DNA of 57,351 bases from Octopus bimaculoides (Eukaryota): positions 97,326,284 through 97,383,634 of the forward strand of contig NC_068982.1 in the NCBI RefSeq assembly GCF_001194135.2. The letters run 5' to 3'. The translations under genes were made by a program, and so were the position numbers. Below, piece by piece: positions 52,075-57,351 of the stretch. The notes beneath the pieces are model-generated. The model was given only the letters and a program-made list of their open reading frames with translations. It did not search any database and was not told the origin of the DNA. The number at the start of each line of letters is the position of its first letter. Positions within the stretch are counted from its first letter, which is position 1.

Positions 52075-53975
52075 GTATATATATATATATTTATATATAT
52101 ATATATTTATATATGTGTGTGTGTATGTATTTGTGTTTACATTCCCATAACTTAGGGGTTTGACAAAAAAGACCGATAGAATAAGCACCAGGCTTTAAAA
52201 ATTATAAGTACTGGGGTCGATGTAGTCGACTTGTCCTTTCCCTTCTAAATTACTGGCCTTGAATCTTGCAACTGATCGGTGTCCGGTTCAGGGGAAATGT
52301 TGTGATCCCGGTCACTTATACGCTATGGAAACAGGATCACCGAGCTTATGTGTCTTAGGGCTCAAAAGTGAAATGATTAATGGTAGTTGGAACCACTGTA
52401 AATAATTATTCGTGGTTTAACAAAACAAACATGTCAGGCTACATAAATGTTAGATTACAGCCAAGCTTATCATTTATCAGGTTAAATAAGTTATCAACAT
52501 CTTCGAGAATCAATAAGCAGTAATTGTAATATAAACCTTATTATCTCTGACGTAGATGGTATATCAAGCATGTTGTATTTAATTACAGCATTGTTATATA
52601 CAGCATAAACACTATTATCTATAACATAAACTTTGCTATCTGTTATACAAGTACTGTTGTCTGTGTGAAAGTGTGAACTGCTGGGTCGAAGAGATCCTAG
52701 ATAGTCAGCAAGAGGATAAGCACATCATGTCCTGTTACATTGTACTGCAGTGTGTCTGTAAATACGACACTTAAAGCTTAAGTGGTTGTAAAGAGGTATT
52801 ACTAAGATGGAATATCTCACTGCTGAAGGCAGCGAGCTAGTGTAGTACGTTATCCCTGTGAAGCTGAGTTCAACTTCTCAAGCGGATCTGAAGAAGCCAT
52901 TCCTATATTTAGGAGTAGACCAGAATCTCCCAACTGTCTCTACCCATCCTATTATTAGATCTGAGCTGTGTGATCAATGGTATGGGTATGCAATAATCCA
53001 TTCCATCAGAAAACTAGGGTTCAAACATACGGTGACAGCTACACCATTCTTTCTGTAATAGCTACTTCTCTTCTGTCTGTGTCTGTCTGTCTCTCTGTCT
53101 CTATCTGTCGGTATCTCTCTCTTTCCCCTCGTATGTCATACCTGTCTTGTAGATGGTGGCGTTCACAGGCCTCCATGCCAAAGTATGAAGATTTATAATT
53201 TCTTTTGACAAAGATGCAATAGTAGATTCTTGTTATTGCCGATTTATCTTTATTTTATTCTTCTAGTCAACTGTTCTTCTGACTTTATTCCCAAGAGACA
53301 AGCCCTATTTAACATGTAGATAGAGGAACTAGTTCACGTGACATCAGAGTATGTCTACATAGCGGTGGGAATTTGTGACGCAAATCTAGGACCAGTCGTC
53401 CACCGAATCTTGTATACTTTAACTACAACACCAGCTTCTGATATTCACCTATAACTGAATCCCTCGTGAGTTAGTACAACCTCGAGCCAGAGGAAAACTG
53501 TGAGTAGTTGTGATTAAGAGATAGCTTCATATTCTTCAAAATTTGGATGTAGTTTATTGTCTTGTCCAACAACTAATGAACTAAAAACGAATTAAAGGAC
53601 ACAATAATCTCTTCTAGTTTAGTATGATGACCACTAGGTGGACATCTCACTTAGACTACGACATTTTACTCTTGCACGAACGATGCATCTGTAAACCTGC
53701 CAACTTGACACCTCACGACTCTCTCAGTTTAGCGAGGGGAGTTTTACTTGGTTGCCATGCATCTTGACCTTGGAAGTTAAAGCAACAGCATAACACCGCC
53801 TTTGAGTTCTTGGGTGTCTTTAGTGAAGTTCACTTTTGCAAAATTTCGAATCGCCTCTACCCACCAGTTCCCTCCTCGTTGATGTTTGTTTCTTGTAGGC
53901 ATTGGCCTACTGATGTTCAGGCAAGATAATGATCTCATCAATCTAGGAGAGATGCAATTGTCATAGGAACTGCTT

Positions 53976-54017
<42 letters not shown>

Positions 54018-55088
54018 CATTAATTTATAAAAAAAAGTTAAATACTACTATGTTCTGTGAAAGTTCAGATATATGTGAACATATGGCTTGCTGTATACAA
54101 TATCAACTCTATTCTAAGGAATATAACGTCTAATAATAACAATAATTTTACATGAATTTAAAATTCTATGAAATGAATCCCAATAACTCCAAGCTATCTC
54201 ATATTGAATCCATTGATTAATTCATTACCCAGTTGAGCGTTTCTATATGTTTATATTGCAAAATGTTCACGGCATCATACAATATTCATATAACGTAATT
54301 TTTGTAGTATAATTCAATATTCATTTTATTTCCAAATATATCTTCATTCAAGAAATATATTTTGCACTCTCATTAAATAGTAATTTGATTTCTGAATGGA
54401 AATCTTCCTTGAAAGAATCTGACTTTTATTAACAATTACGCCTCTTGAGAAACAAACAATACATTCTGTTATTTACAGTCTTCCGTTCCATTCTCTTAGA
54501 CATCTGCTTGGGAAATACTTATTATTCTTTACTTAGGCACACGACATCATATTTTTAGTGGAGAGAAATACAACGGAATAACGATGTGGCCTTAAAGGCC
54601 TGAGGGAATGAACTGGTTTCAACTGAGAATAGGAACAAATCGGAAGGTTATTTGTCTGGGACCTTATATATTCCAAGCTGAACCAATTCCTCGCACAGTA
54701 GAGTGTGATTCTAACACGTTTTAATGAATTTGTATTGGTATATGATGTTATTTTTATAAAGCAGAGAAATGGGAGGGAACTGTACCCGAATTTTTCTAAC
54801 TCTTTCTAGATTAATCTGATCGATGCTGTTGATATTTAGAACGTTCTAGTTGTACTTTTCTCAGATATACTTTTGTTATGTAAGGAATGTGAATCGACTT
54901 GCTTAAGAAGATGGAATCTATTTAACTATCTTGAATGGGTCAAGAAGGAAGAAAATTTGTTGCAAGGAGCAGTAAGTTTAAAATCAGTGGGACTCTGACG
55001 AGTTAACTGATTCAAAGTTCGGGATTAGGGAATGTAACTGGGTTCGGTAGAAAAAATAAGATGTGGCGACCCGATTAGGCAAAAATCA

Positions 55089-55119
55089 AATGATGATGAC
55101 GATGATGATGATGATGATA

Positions 55120-55173
<54 letters not shown>
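55089..55173. repeat. (GAT)n microsatellite
   Basis: Direct reading. Confidence 0.95.
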
Positions 55174-55174
<1 letters not shown>

Positions 55175-55862
55175 GTGAATGTGGAGGTAAGAAAGTATCT
55201 GTGTGTCGGTCACGGACGCGCTTAGGTATGTATGTATTAACTTCACATAGTTCAAGACGACACAGAAATCTGCCTCTATGCCAACATCTGTATGAGAGGA
55301 ATTCAAAAATCAAGAAAAGTAATATGCGTCGGAGCTACCATGGATGAAGGATTCAGAGAGAGGAGAAGTAAAATATAGAGGAGCATGTTTTTACATAGGT
55401 GCAGATATTTTTTTCCAGGCAAAGAGAGGGATTAGAAGTAGATGATAAAAAAAAAAATCTATTTCAGAGAGAAACAAAATTTATGGTTAGCATTAATGGG
55501 TGAGGCCTCACTTGTACTCAAATTCACGAGTGCTAGTATAAAGAAGGAGGAAAGAGTGGGAGAACTATTTCTGCTCCTTATTCCATTTCATCGTTCCTTT
55601 TTGAGTTGTTTAAATCGGGAAGAGGAAAGGAAAACCACGAATTATTACTTGCCACTCACAGGCATCGAAGCAGCATTCTTATAATCGTTCTACGTTTTCA
55701 AAAAGGCTATTAGTATTTTAATGTGGAACCGCTCAAAACTTCCTCTATCAACACTGGTCATTTAACTAATAGATTAAATGCTCTTAAAAACCATATCTTT
55801 CCTTAGATGCTTCACTGACAGTGGATTGAAAGATGCTAAAGCCACTAGAAAAGTAAGCAGAG

Positions 55863-56038
<176 letters not shown>

Positions 56039-56926
56039 GGAAGAGTGGAGCTTGACAGAAATTTAAGTCGTGCTGTTCAATCTCAGGTCTGCCCTGATCT
56101 AGCAGATCTATAAGTTAAAACATTCCAGCTAAAAACACACCGTGTTTTATTCAGACATAGAATAACTATTACAATATAATGTATTCTTTAGACTATAGGG
56201 TGTGAGGTGAGGAAGATTTGGCTGCTATTTCTGACAAATAGAAACAACTACTTAGCAACTGCAAAGTTCATTCAGATCATAAATTACATGACCAGCAATC
56301 GTTGCTAACAAGAGAAAGAATGAATCGAAATAAAGCCATAAGAGAATTGTCTAAAACGGAGATGAGAGCGAAAAAAGAGGAAGAATAGAAAGATTTTAGG
56401 GTAGTGAATAAAAGGTATTGCATTTAATGGAAGTTTACGATGTTTCAAGTAAAAGCGAAAAAGATGGTTAAGAGCATACGTTATGAAAGAAAATTAAAAA
56501 TGACATGGTTTAATGACTCGTTAGTTTTACTAATTTAACAAATATTTATGGTTGGAGTTAAGTGTTAGTTGTTTAAAATCATAAGGCGTCTGTATGCGCG
56601 TGTGTGTGTGTGGCGGGGTCAATCCTCGCTCGGCAAAGCGGGGAGAATAGCTTAGCAAATAAACAAGCCTCAGCTAACAAGTAATTTTCTTTACGTACTC
56701 AAAATGCAACCAAGTACACGCAAACGAAATGCGTAAACACAATCAAACCAAGTCTGCTTGAGCAAGGTTGACGGATCTGCATACTTTTAAACACCCACCA
56801 CCCCAGCACGCACGGACACACTCAAGGCGCATACATGTGCATAAATAGCTTTGATACTAGATGGCGAGGCGTATTCATAAATATCGATAAATAAGCATAA
56901 ATATACGTCTGTAGTTTGGAATTGAT

Positions 56927-57085
56927 ATGAAAAAGATAACGCTACATTGCGTAAAATATTCTGGAACAGATCCAGAAGAATTCAACGCGATTCACACACC
57001 GTTTGGCGTCATGGGAGCCAAGCCTTTGAAATCACTAGAAATAGGGATAATGAAATCTGCGAGCGTTTCAACTATGCACACAAAG
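56927..57085 (+). CDS. Candidate first coding exon of an unidentified host gene
   Basis: ATG followed by 53 codons (MKKITLHCVKYSGTDPEEFNAIHTPFGVMGAKPLKSLEIGIMKSASVSTMHTK), ending exactly at AAG|GTATTT, a phase 0 donor-like site. Non-repetitive sequence after a CpG-richer region. No family recognised. Confidence 0.35.
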
Positions 57086-57351
57086 GTATTTCTAGCTTTC
57101 AGTCACCAACAACGGAGTCATTTTTTTTCCTGGATAATTTATGAATACTTTCAAGACAATCAATGAAAGATGTTTGAAACGTTGTATTCAACATGGTTTT
57201 GGAACCTCATTTTTTTTTTCATGACACAGATCTTAAAACAGAAGACTACAATTATTACCAAAACAAGAACAAGATAAAAAAATTTTATCATTATATCTGA
57301 TAAAAGCAGAATATATATAATTTCCAATAACAAACATTATATATATATATA

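Noticed and set aside
452-52188. Dozens of ORFs rich in YI/HT/CV/MY or poly-S/D/I
   Set aside because: They are translations of microsatellites or read through N-gaps, so they are not genes.

Overview
Eukaryotic, AT-rich, microsatellite-dense scaffold segment with seven N-gaps. It is almost certainly intergenic or intronic animal DNA. The mix of tRNA-derived SINEs, RTE and R4/Dong LINEs, Penelope remnants and (TA)n/(TACA)n/(CA)n tracts looks like Octopus (coleoid cephalopod) DNA; this is inferred from repeat style, not from a database hit. No intact host gene can be supported, and almost all listed ORFs are microsatellite or gap artefacts. Recognisable content: (1) a near full-length but disrupted RTE LINE (31080-34118, minus; APE endonuclease, RT, C2H2 finger) with nested target-site duplications, plus a second RTE 3' fragment; (2) several decayed R4/Dong-type restriction-like-endonuclease LINE fragments; (3) two decayed CR1/L2-like RT fragments; (4) a Penelope-like GIY-YIG remnant; (5) a fold-back mariner-derived element; (6) at least three tRNA-SINE families plus one further dispersed repeat; (7) one candidate first coding exon near the right end. 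The most interesting signal is a set of short elements, several of them palindromic, carrying minimal type I hammerhead ribozyme motifs. Two copies have a complete catalytic core (111-155 and 51810-51854, minus) and several copies from other families are decayed. This fits non-autonomous Penelope-like or retrozyme-type elements.
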